Origin: Eledone cirrhosa
Taxonomy: Eukaryota
Direction of reading: 5' to 3'
Assembly (NCBI GenBank): GCA_964016885.1
Contig: OZ024742.1
Span: 64,232,001-64,296,000, forward strand
DNA: 64,000 nt
Shown piece after piece: positions 12,777 to 26,400 of this stretch. Under the pieces are notes generated by a model. The model was not told the DNA's origin. It saw only the letters and a list, made by a program, of their open reading frames with translations, and did not search any database. Within the stretch, counting starts at the first letter, position 1. Every line of letters begins with the position of its first letter. A program made the position numbers and the translations under genes.

Positions 12777-14376
12777 GTATGTGGATGTGTATGTATGCGT
12801 ATGTGTGTACACATGGACTAGAGTATGTATGTATATATGTGTGTGTCTATACGTGTGTAAATATAAAGATAAGTTGAGTATGAAAATGTATACACATGAG
12901 CGCGTATGTATGTACATGAATACATGTGTGTATATATATGTGTATGCATGTGTATATATATGTAAGTATGAATATGTGAATTGTGAGTATATGTATTTTG
13001 TAGAGGTGTGCAAATATATTTGTGTGTGAATGCGTGGGTGAAAGAATAAGTACACTTGAAAGAAAAATTTAAGTCTGAATGTTAAGTGCAAACACAAAAC
13101 CAACCACGCATATCTTTACTATCTCTAATCCTTCTATAGATTTAGAAAAATAACCAATAATATATTCCATAAAAAATGTCAAAACAACAGATGGGAATCT
13201 AATTACTCACTGCCACCAAGAATTCTCACTGCTATCGAAAAACCACTCCTTCAACTATTCTTCTAACAACTTCACCCCTCCCTCCTAATATTCTCTATAA
13301 AAACTAAATAGGTCCTCAGTAATATTATTCTGATGAAATGACAGTAAATAATAACATTGAAATATTGAATGTCTGCATAACTAAAAGTTTGTAGATAGCT
13401 GTTTTAGGTTATGTAACTGTTATAGAAACACGTGTCAATAAATTCCTTTCAACTAAACTGTATCCATTCAAATCTTTCTATATATATATATATATATATA
13501 TATGTCTGATGGTAGTTAAGATGCTTCCATAGGCAGTATGCTGGTTGAGCACTCTATGCTCTTACAGAGCAGAGTATGATATAATAGAAAACGACAAATC
13601 AGTGATGCATCTGAACTCAATTTATTGTGTGTTACAATTGTTTTGCCGGTGGACAGCTCGAGACATGATCATTGTGTGGATCTGTCTGATTCTGGACCTG
13701 CAGGTTCGACGGACACATCTAATGATTTTGGAGCATATTCTCTCATGTGAGAGAATATGATTTTTCACTGTTTTTCGTTTTCTATTATATATATATATAT
13801 ATATACATGGAAAGTTATATTTAAAATTGTTGGGTTACAACTAGTAAATATTTATAACTGATATAAAAGCACTCGACAAATATTTGGAGTATATTTACAA
13901 TATTAAATAAATGGAAACTATATTTATAAAACCATATTTATTTCATTATATATATTTCGGGGATATCATATTAACAATATGCTATGCCTTCCTCAGACAA
14001 AATACAATATAAACAGTTTTATAGATAAATAGATTCGACATACCGTTATAACACCGACTTCCATTTGAAGAGGTTTAAGCTGGCAGTGAAAAAATTTTAC
14101 ACATTTTCTCTCTTTCTTTCTCTGTGTAAAATTTTTTCACTGCCAGCTTAAACCTCTTCAAATGGAAGTCGGTGTTATAACGGTATGTCGAATCTATTTA
14201 TCTATAAAACTGTTTATATTGTATTTTGTCTGAGGAAGGCATAGCATATTGTTAATATGATATCCCCGAAATATATATAATGAAATAAATATGGTTTTAT
14301 AAATATAGTTTCCATTTATTTAATATTGTATATATATATATATATATATAAATATATATATTCTCTCACATGAGAG

Positions 14377-14408
<32 letters not shown>

Positions 14409-14449
14409 TATATATTCTCTCATGTGAGAGAATATGATTTTTCGTTTTC

Positions 14450-14498
<49 letters not shown>

Positions 14499-17400
14499 CA
14501 CACACCTACTTAAACTTTATAAATATAACATCACTGTATGAAGTTGCATTGATATATTATCATCTCCACTTTAACATCTTTTTTCCATACTTGTATGTGA
14601 CAGTATGGTTTTTATGGCTGGATGCCCTTCCTAATATCAACCACTTGACAACATGTAACTGATACATTTTATTGTGGCACCAGCACTACTGCCTGACAGG
14701 ATGGACTTGGTGTTTTACATTGGCTTGGGTGTATTTTTTATTGTGAAATACCTAAAGTTACAGAATATATCTAAACTATAATAAAGTAAGGAGCGCGGGA
14801 CTGCGTACGGTTTATAATTTTTTATCCCATTAGTAAAATAAGTTGGATTACTTTGAATAAATAATGAATGAATATTACATAATTTATCTACTAAATTTTG
14901 TGGCTGTTGATTAAATATATTTTGTTTATTTAAAGATTCACTTCTTTAAAATTTCTGAAATGTCAACACTTCCGGTTGTCCATCGCCTAAATAAACATAC
15001 TAATTTTCTCCTAATGCAGTTTATATATAATATCGTCTTTTTTAATGTATCATGGATTACATTACTGATTAAATAAGACAGTGTAACACAGTCTTCGTTC
15101 AATTTCTGTGTATTATATATTGTCAATTACGATTTTATTTGATGTATCATATCTACATGTATATATACCTGCGTATAATATCAATATACACACTACACAG
15201 GCTAGCAGAAAACCTCCCAGAGGGTGGTTTTTCTGCTAGTATATATAACTAATCTGTGTGTATCCAGTTTATAATACAATGTATCATTATATGTTGTAAT
15301 AAATGACAAAAAAGGTTAGCACCAGGAAAAGCATGCAGCCAAGAAATATTGCCGTAAAAAGGACACCATGGTGAATATGAAGCTTAACAAAAGGCTCATA
15401 AGGCTAACCTGTCCTTTACAGAGAAAATGCCCTTAAAAGGCTTGATGTTGTTATTGTTGAAAGACATGTACTTACTTGTATGCATTCATTGAGTATACAG
15501 CACCATCATAGAATAAGAACTCTGGATCTCTAGAAAATTAAATTAAAATATTTGAAATAATTGTTGTGATCTCTACATAAAATACATTATTCTACTCAAT
15601 ACTCTGAAAGGGATGGCAATAGAGTCAGTGGTGAATGCTGTGACGGGAAATGGAATGAGATTGCTGGGTCATGTGTTGAAGGAGGATGAAAGTGACTGAA
15701 TGAGATGAATCGAGTCAGAGATGAATATGAAAAGAAAAGGAGTGAAATGGTTGGGTTAAGTGTTGAGGAAGGATGAAAGTGACTGGGTGAAAGGAATAGG
15801 GCCAATGATGAATGTTGTGGAAATAACTGTTACAAACTTGTTCAATACTATTTAAAACTGTTACTAACTCATTTAACCCTTTTGATAACAACCAGCTTAT
15901 AACTGTCCTAGATTTATCATATAAAACTGTCCATTTTAAAACATTCAAACTTAACATTAAAACCTTCCATTATGATTTAATTTAAGAATTTCTTTTGTTA
16001 AATAATGCTCCAAACATAAATTTACTGAGGAAAAAGTGATTTTGTTATACACCTCCAAATTTGTTATAGTTTTATAAATAAATTGAAACACATAAGCAGT
16101 ATTTCATTAGAAATATGGTAACAAAAAGCTCAGGTTGGGTTTTTAAAAATGTTATTTTTTTTAAGATGAAATAACTGAAGATATGTTTATTTCTTTCCTT
16201 GTTTTACTTCTGACAGTTGGAATACAAACACAATGATTTAACACTTTTGATTCCAAATCACTTGTAACTACCCATGTTGCTACAATACAAAACTGTTTGT
16301 TTTAAAGTGCTTATCATCATCATCTCCATCATCATCATCATCATTTAACGTCCATCTTCCACGCTAGCATGAGCTAGACGGTTTTGTTCCATTTGATGCA
16401 GGAATAATCTAAAAACCCTCCACTATAATTTGATGTAAAAGCCTTTGTTAAGTTCTGTTCCAAACGCCAGTTTAATAATTACTAAAGCCATTTAAATTCT
16501 TTATAATTTTCAAAATTATTCAAAAATCATAGACAATATCTTTCATTAGAAATATGGTAACAAAAGGATTAAATGATCCTGGAAGTAAAAAGAGAAAATA
16601 AACAGACCATAGAAGTTACCTTTTATCAGCTTTCATCCCTGACACACGGATATCTTTGAGATAACGTGACAATGTTTCTTCCAGATTTGTGATAATGCTA
16701 TGATCTTTCGGAACAAGTGGTGTTGCTCTAGGCTGTGATGTAAGACAATCCAGCCAAGCTGTTATTAATTCTTCTTGAACTTCCTGTAATTAAATTCAAT
16801 GGTTAAAAATAGTTAGAAACAAAATGAGGGAAGATGGTAATTATATAAATAGATATTGAATTAATTTTGTTGACTAAGAATGCCTATCATATGTATGTCT
16901 GTATAACCATCATCCCATTTTATGTCCATTTCTCCATGATTGCATGTGTTGGAAGAGTCCTATACAGCAGTCTAGCTCCACTTGTCACATTCCTTTATCA
17001 TCACCTCTGTGAGGTTCAGTGTTTTGAGGGGGGGGGGGGGGGGGGCAGTATATGCCTGTTGTTGCAAACGTCATAATGATACCATTTATAAAAGCCTGCA
17101 GTGATATTTGTTTATGTCCCCATAAACAATACATCCTGCAGCATAGCAGTTCGACTGACATCAGCAGTATGTATACTGTACTTATATTAAGATGATATGG
17201 GTTGATATCAGGAAAGGCATCAAAACATGCTCAAAACAACTCATCCAACAAATGTAAGCATGGAAAAGGCAAATATGATGATGACGAAGAATACATTTAT
17301 GTATTCAAAATAAATATAAAATCAGACACAACATATTTACTATCAGGGAAAACATGTTAAATGATGGTATATGTGCATATCAGAAGTGACTAAAAGAGTT

Positions 17401-20400
17401 AGTGTAAAGAAGGGCATCCAGCAGTAAAACATTGCCTCAAAAAATCCTGTCCAACCCATGCCAGCATGGAAAAGTTGACATAAAAGCGATGATGATCATA
17501 TATATATATATATTTTTTTAAGGCTAAATTTGAGTTTTGTTACTCTGAAGTTTTTCCTTACAAGATCATCAGAAGAGACTGAGTGTTATCTGATGACCTT
17601 GTGAGAACACAGGAGAAACTCCAGAGTAATAAGACTCGAACTTGATCTTAATAAAGAAAATATTAATCTTTACTATAGTACTGAGAACTAATTCTCATGA
17701 CCAATCATCAACACAGAGTATATAACAGAATAAAACTTGATTCACTCTTGTTTAATTCAGTCTATTGTTTGTCCATTTACACTAGTTTTCTCAATTAGTC
17801 AATGTAAAATTTTAGAGGTTTAAAGATTTCAACATTTCCAAACCTTAGATTTTTCACAGGACTTTTAGAGGCAAGGCAATGTTTAATAGCTGGGTGCCCT
17901 TCCTAATGCCAACTCATTTAGTTATGTCACCTCTCGTGACACACAGGGCTATGGTGTACCTATTCTGAACTGGGATACACACCATGTACAAACAAAAACA
18001 ATATTTATCCATAGTGCACGTCAACTGACAGATCACTGTCATATTTGATAATTTTCTTGAAATTCAAAACTGAAACATTTATTTAATCCACAAGGATAGG
18101 TTATTCTCATACTTGTGAAGGCACTTGCTTAAAATTCCAAGAATGTTAACAAATTCAACAGTCACCTAAAGAAGGTTGGAAGGTATAACAACTGAAACAT
18201 TGTGACTATAACAACTAATATAAGGACATTAGTCTGAATAAATCAGTGTATAATAATTGCTTCTACTTTTGGTACAAGGCCAGCAATTACCCCAGTGCAT
18301 TAATGGTGCTTTATTTTATTGACCCTGTAAGGATGAAAGGCAAAGTTAACCTCAGCGGGATTTGAAATCAGACCATAAAGGGCCATAACTCCATACTGCA
18401 AAGCATGGCATCCAACCTTCTACCAATACTGCCAATCCAATAATAATAATTCCTCATCTCAGAAACTTAATGTTTAAGATTCTACATTCCTATAAAAAGG
18501 CAAAATAAAAAAAATTAAAAATCAATATTTACCAGACCATCTGTAAACAAACGAAACTGGCCTTGATTTGTCAAATTATAAATATGGCGAGCTAAAGCTT
18601 CAGCTATTATCTGAATATTACGGCTGAGTATGCTGGTGTCAACTCGAGACCTAAACATAAAAAAAAGAACAATAATTTAGTAATTATTTTTATTATTTCA
18701 ATATAATTAAATAAAAGATATTGTCATAACCATTCATGTTAAAATGGCCAACATTGGGTGTGTGTAAATAAATGGAGTGGAAGAGAAAACAGTTAAATAC
18801 ATGCTTAACATTAATAGATGGCGTGGAAGAGAAAATTGTTAAATACTTGCTTAACATTAATTAATAGATGTATGTAAAGGAGTAGATATTTTACTTGCCT
18901 AACATCGAGAACGGTAGCCCTCTCATTAGTCTTGTGTGTATCCAGACGAGAAAGACTGAATGCAGGCAGTCTCTTTATGCTGAATCTCTCGTGTTCCCAG
19001 GCTAAAGTATCCTCAGCCAAATTTATCTTTTTATGTATCATCTTAAATTCCACATCAGGGAAAAAATTTTTGGTTATTTCTTCTAAATTCTGGAAAAGAT
19101 ACAAAGGATAACTTAATTCTTAACATCATATACCACATAAAGTCTCATTAACAAGACATACTTGAAAAGTATGAAACAGCACTGATTACATCACATTAAA
19201 AATTAAAGACTTTACTTAAGTATTGCAAATTTTCATAATGATCTGTCTATTAATAAAGATATAAACATCTGAATTAACAATCACTTGAAACTATAGTAGT
19301 AAAACATTCTTGAAAAGTATAAAACATCACCATGACTATCACATTAAAAATTAATGTAAATTTTCCCAATGATCTGTCCACTAGTAAAGACACTATAAAA
19401 ACATGAATTAACAAACCTATTTCTGGAAATTTTCTGCTAAATAATTAAAGGATGTTAAGAGTTATAGATAAAATGTAGGGGTATGGGGAAAAACAAAACG
19501 AAAAGTCCCATTGAATAAGACTGTTATAATATACAAGGAAAAGACCCACCTTTTATAGGTCCTTTATTGACCTTAAGTTGTCATTCTCCTACAAACAATC
19601 TGGGAGCAATAGATGAGATCTATTCTCAAAATAGCCATCTTGTTCAGAATTTAGTGTTTATGCTCTCAACTACATCTTTTAATTTATATCACTTTTCATG
19701 TGATACAGGATGTTAAACCAGATATTTGTATACAATACTTGCTTTCTGCATTTATATGAAGAAAACTTAATTATAGGGTTGAGAAGGCTCTTTAGTTGTG
19801 TTAAGGATGCGATAATATCGCTAGTGTTGGTGCAATGATAAAATGCACAAAATACATTCTGTAAAATGTTGGGATGTATGTAAACAAGATGCAAGCCCTT
19901 GGCCTCACTGGGGAGTCAGTGGATCTGATTAAATACTGACTTGGTCTGTGATGCCTTGTCTAACCCATGTCAGCATGGAATAGACATTAAATGATGATGT
20001 TGAATCAAATACAAAGGATATGTGGAATAGAATGAAAAGAGATGGATTTTTTCATTTACTTTCTATTGTTCATTATGTCAACATTTGTATTCAGTTTGGA
20101 TACATACATTCTAAATTCAATTCCAGATTAGTAATCAGTAAATTTCCTCTAAAATGTTTATGAACAGTGATTGCAGGATTTAACCCTTTTGCTACCATAT
20201 TTTAATGAAAAACACTGCCTATGATTTTCAAATAATTTTGAAAATACTTATTTGAAGTGATTTAGTAATACAATTAACTTTTAGTAAGTTGGTAAATATA
20301 AACATTTAAAAATAACTAGATTCATATTGTAGAACCAGGGATCGGTGGAGAATTAGCAGAGTTGTTAGAACGTCGGATATGATGCATTGCAGTATTGATT

Positions 20401-23400
20401 CCAGCTCTCTGTGCACTCTGAATTCAAATCCCACCAAGGTCAGCTCTGCTTTTAATCCTTTCAAGATCAATGAAAAAAAGTACCAATCCAGTACTGGGGT
20501 TGATTCTTCCTCTATATATCTTTCTCACTCATTCTCAATCTCTGGAAAAATCGGCTATTTTCAGACCTGGTTAGGGGATGGGCTCTGCCAGGTTTAAAGT
20601 GCCCAAGATATACCATATATCATGACAACATCTCTATGACTACATCAGGAGTTTTAAAACCATACATACATATATTGTAGAGCCAGAGACAGTTCCAGGT
20701 AGTTTGGTATTAAAAGGTTAAAGATTTTGACATTATCAAAGTTTAGTTTAGCATAGAAAAAGAAAAGAACGTACTTTTAAGAATATTCCACCAGCACTAT
20801 CTTCTCTGGGTGGTTTAGAAACATGTAGGTTGAGGGTGTTACCACTCCCAATGGTATCCAGACATAACACATAGGCTACATCTGTTAACTGGTTGTTATC
20901 TGAAAAAAAGCAATGTCATGGGTTATCAGCAAACTGGNNNNNNNNNNNNNNNNNNNNNNNNNNNNNNNNNNNNNNNNNNNNNNNNNNNNNNNNNNNNNNN
21001 NNNNNNNNNNNNNNNNNNNNNNNNNNNNNNNNNNNNNNNNNNNNNNNNNNNNNNNNNNNNNNNNNNNNNNNNNNNNNNNNNNNNNNNNNNNNNNNNNNNN
21101 NNNNNNNNNNNNNNNNNNNNNNNNNNNNNNNNNNNNNAGAAAGACAACATTGTTATGAGTTGTATTAGTTTACTAGTCATAATAACTGCATTGTGTTAAT
21201 TCATATTTTCAGGAAGATAATCAATAAACGAAGTGAAGTAACATTGTTAAAGTAAGACCAATCATGCTACCATAGCTCTCATTACACTGAAACTACTTTC
21301 CACTATCACATATTCTTTCCAGTGTCAAACATTTAATATCTTATACTGAACATTAATGTGCCTCCTGCTCCTTACACTGATTAACCCTTTAACATTTAAA
21401 CTGGCCACATCTGGCCAGAATTCTCTCACCTCTTTCTGTTCAAACTGGTCATAACCAACCACTCATACTGATGTTAAGGTATTGTTCTCAAAATAAATAA
21501 TATCAAAATGTCATAGATTTGATATTATATGAGATAAAGCCTTTACTGCGAAAATACAATAGTAAATATAGAGTAATATAAATGCTAAAGGGTTAAAACA
21601 AAATATAAACTACAAACTAAGAAACCAGAGTTTATAAAGGAGGAGTTAGTTACTTACCAGTTGACTCCAGACTGTCTTCAATCCAGCGCTTAGTCCCCTG
21701 GTAGTTAAATTTACCACCTCCAGTCAATAAAAACACCAAATTATATCTGTTGCCAGTTAAGGAATATAGGAGAAGGAGTAAAGAAAGTTAATAAATGTGA
21801 AGTTAGAGGAGGAAAACCTAGAGAACGGAGTGACAAGAATGGACCTATAACACCTAGTCGAGTCATAGGGGTAACAGTGACATACAGCATTTCTTGGGAA
21901 TTTTAAACCTGGCAGAGCCCATCCCTCTCCAGGTCTGAAAACACAGCCAATTTCTTCCAGAGAAAAGAGAGAGAGAAAATAAGAAAGATATAGAGAAAGA
22001 ATCATCCTCAGTACTGGACTGGTACTTTATTTATTGACCTCAGAACGAATACTACAAAGCATTCAATCTGATGTTCTCAAAACTCTGCAAATTCGCCACT
22101 TACAGAGAACAGAGAGAGCACCACTAATAGCAGAGATAGCACAGTTAGCACCACTTATAGTAAAGGAGTTAGCCACTGAGTCTGTTTTGTATCCTGTCAC
22201 TGATACTGTGTCATGTCAAAGTTCACCATTAATATGTAAATAGTTACACATATAATGAACTGCTAATAAGAAAAGAACTTGAGTTAATGTTTTATCATCA
22301 TCAATATCATCATTTATTATCTGCTTTCCCTTCTAGCAAGGGTTGGATGGTTGTCCATAGACCAAGTCTGTATTAAAGCGGGGCTACTAACTTCCAGATA
22401 GGCTGAGGGGTATGTATCACACTTACATACAGTCATATCGAGTGTACACTGTAAATATTGTATGTAAAATGGGAGTGAAACCTATCTACTGAACCTACAA
22501 AACCTTAATTTAAAATATATGGTACAGTGTAAATGCTGTATGCACCATATATAGGTGAGTCAAACAAGTATATATGGCCTATGGAATATTATGGTAGTGT
22601 TTACAATTAGACAGACTGAACAGCAATTGCTGATCTCTGAGTCCAACATGTCACCTCAATCAACTGAAACTTCCCAGAATCTAAGTAAAATGGTACAGAA
22701 TATAAAAGGATACTTTGCATGTGTTCGAGAATTGGTGTAAAGTTTGGAGAAAAGTCGAGCCAGTTCAAGAAGGGTTACAACTCCACTTCCATTAGAATCA
22801 GCTCCCTCAGATAAACCCTGAAAAGGTAAAACATCAAAAACTATAACAAATCTTGTACTTGTTATCAAAGCAATCATGCAATGTTGGAGAGAAATAACCA
22901 AACTTGTTCAGTATTTCAGCAAGTATTAAAGTGTTGAACTGATGAGTAAAGTGTAAACTATGTGACAAGAGTTATTGACAACATGTAGAAACTCACACTA
23001 TGGATGTAGTACTGAAGTCATGTTATAATTAACATGTAATAAATAACTAATATTGAAGTCATGTAATACTGAAGTTGTGTAATAATTAACATGTAATATT
23101 GAAGTCATGTAATAGCATAATATTAAAGATGTGTAATAATCAACATGTTATAATTAACATGTAATACTAAAGTCATGTAATAATTAACATGTTATAATTA
23201 ACATGTAATACTAAAGTCATGTAATATTGAAGTCATGTAATAATTAACATGTACTATTGAAGTCATGTAATAATTAACATATAATTAACATGTTAAATAT
23301 AACATAACTTTAGTATTACATGTAATACTAAAGTCATGTTATAATTAACATGTAATACTAAAGTCATATTATAATTAACATGGAATACCGAAGTCATCTA

Positions 23401-26400
23401 ATAATTAACTGTAATATTGAAGTCTTGTAATACTGAATGACAGAGAATAAGCTAAGACTGGAGGGAAATGCTTCAATAGATATGTGATTTTAATCTACAT
23501 GAAAGCCAAAGTAGGGATGAACTGAAAGAGAAACTGAGTATAAGAACAATGAAATTTAGTGTGCAAGAGAGAAAACTGCACTGGTATGGCCATGTGATAT
23601 GTAAGGAGCTTAAACATTGATTGGGTGAAGAAGTGCCAGGATTTCCCAGAGAAAAGTCAAGGAAGATCTGGGCAGAAGTGATGAGAGCAGATCTTGATAT
23701 GCTGAACCTCACAGATTAAACGACAAAATAAAGCAATGTGTGGAGGGATTCTGTACTGAAAAAGTGTCATTCAACACAAGAAAGCATATAATAATTAAAT
23801 GTTGACAATCTGTAATCTCATAAGACAATGATGTTAATAATAAAGGCTTAGGTAGTAGATATGTCACCCAGTTAACATCAATACCTGGCCTTTGGTGGTA
23901 GACTTAATCTGCCACCTAGTTTAACACCACTACCTGGTCCTTGGTGGTAGACTTAATCTGTCATTGAGTTTAACACCACCACCTGGTCCTTGGGTAGACG
24001 TAATGTGTTATCCAGTTTAACACCACTACCTTGTAAAATTTCATTAAGACATAACTATGTTGAAACCACTCCAAATAGCTTCTGGTTTTAAGATACTTTA
24101 TTATCTCCCTTCCATGAAGGTGCGTGGCTAAGTGGTTAGGGTGTTGGATTTATGATCATAAAGTCATACGTTCAATTCCTGGACAAGGTGGCACACAGTG
24201 TCCCTATCTATATGTCCCTCCCACCTAAAGGGTTTCATGTCCCTATCTTCCTACAAAGATAGCTCTCCACCCTAGCAACATGTTTCCCCACCCTGCCTAT
24301 ATATATTCTTCCACCCATTCTCGCCCTACATAGTTGGTCTGCCTCACCATACCTAGATGTCCTCTGCACCTACCTAAAGAGGTCACCTATGTCCCCTCAC
24401 ACTACCTCAATATTCCCCACCACACCCTACTGAACAATGTAACAAGATATAACAAATCAAGAACATCTCTAATCATATACCAGCTCTATCAAGGTTAACT
24501 TGGAATGAAATCCCAACTAGACATCTCTAGATTAATGCAACAATAACTCAAGTGGTGAATTAATATACCAGATATGAAGACGAAGCTTAGTGGTTAAGGT
24601 ATTGGTCTCACCACCATAAGGTTGTAGGTTCAATTCCAAGACAGGGTGATATGCTCTTGAGCAAGAAGACACTTCATTTCATATTGCTCCAGTTCACTCA
24701 GTTGAAAATGAGTACGCTGTGATGGACTTATACTCTCAATCGACATATGTCCATGAATACAGAATAAACTCTGGGCTTTGTCTGACCCATGCATCATCAT
24801 CATCACAGGTCTATTTTTCATGTTTGCATCGGTTAGAAAGGTTGTCACATTCTGAGACTAGACAGGTCAGATGACTGAGTCTTGCTCATATGTTCCATTC
24901 TAACACAGTTTCTTCAGCTGGATGCCTTTCCTAACGACACTTTACAGTGTTTTACTGTGGAACCAGCACTATCACTTTATAGGGTAGAGTGGTATTTTTT
25001 TTTTATGGCATCAGAACTACCACTTTAGAGAGTGGGATGGGTGCCTTTATCATGGTGCCAGCACCACCACCGTCAAGTTGTGGCATTAAGTGACAAAGCT
25101 ATAACTAACTCTAACATAGGTTTCTTCCCTTAACAACTACAAAGGTGATCATCATCATCATCGTTTAACGTCCATCTTCCACGCTTGCATGGGTTTGGAT
25201 AATGAATATAATTGTTGCGTACTTACTGGTGCTATACCCATTGAGTCATAATGAGCAACTATGATGACACTGGGTAGCTGTTCTTCAATACCATAGCCTG
25301 CTAACCGACCCTGCAAAAGGGAAAGAATATCATATAAATGGAGGAGATATCAAACACATAGGGGAGATATCCCATACATGGAGGAGATATCCCATACATG
25401 GAGGAGATATCCCATACATAGAGGAGATATCCCATACATAGAGGAGATATCCCATACATAGAGGAGATATCCCATACATAGAGGAGATATCCCATACATA
25501 GAGGAGATATCCCATACATAGAGGAGATATCACATACATGAAGGAGATGTCACATACATGAAGGCGATATCACATACATGAAGGAGATATCACATACATG
25601 GAGGAGATATCACATACATAGAGGAGATATCCCATACATAGAGGAGATATCCCATACATAGAGGAGATATCACATACATGAAGGAGATGTCACATACATG
25701 AAGGAGATGTCACATACATGAAGGAGATGTCACATACATGGAGGAGATATCACATATATGGAGGAGATATCACATACATGAAGGCAATGTTATATATATA
25801 TATATGAATGAGATATCACATAAATGGAGGAAATGTTATATATATGAAGGAGATGTTATATATATGGAGTAGATATAACATATATGAAGGAGAAAGCTAA
25901 GAAACAGTGTTTACTGGAGAAGAAAGCTAAGATGTGATGTTTATTGAAGAAAAAAGTTAGGAAGTGATGTTTATTAAAGAAGGAAACTATAAAATGGTGT
26001 TTATTAGAAAAAAAAAAGCTAGGAAGTGGTGTTTACTGGAAAAGAAGGAAATTATAAAATTGTGTTTACTAGAGAAGAAAGCTAGAAAGTGTTGTTAACT
26101 GAAAGTGTAGCCTCGTAACACTGCAATGGCTGGTGAAAACAGTAAAAGTGTAAAAAAATGACATATTTCCTCCATACCTGAATGTTAGTGATTTGAAAAT
26201 CTGGCAGGGCCTTAGCCTGAGCCCCAGCAACCACCATTTGGAAGCCATTAGCTGAGGCAGCACTTAACAAGGCTGGAAAAAAATGAAAAATAAATAAAAT
26301 TAAAATTAAATTTTAAATAATATGAACAAAATTCAGATTAAGAACAATGTACTTAATGACAGCACATCTTTCTAAATTGTATATCTTAAAACAATAGTTA

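Noticed and set aside
12572-13103. Long Y/I/C/V-rich ORFs (also at 37671-38269, 46565 and 47531)
   Set aside because: They are translations of TA/TG microsatellites.
20893-21199. ORFs full of X, or a hidden exon in the gap
   Set aside because: These are N-gap artefacts; nicalin exons 7 and 8 join in frame and collinearly with the known protein.
25301-25539. Repetitive ORFs MYGISPLC...
   Set aside because: Products of the intronic 20-bp minisatellite.
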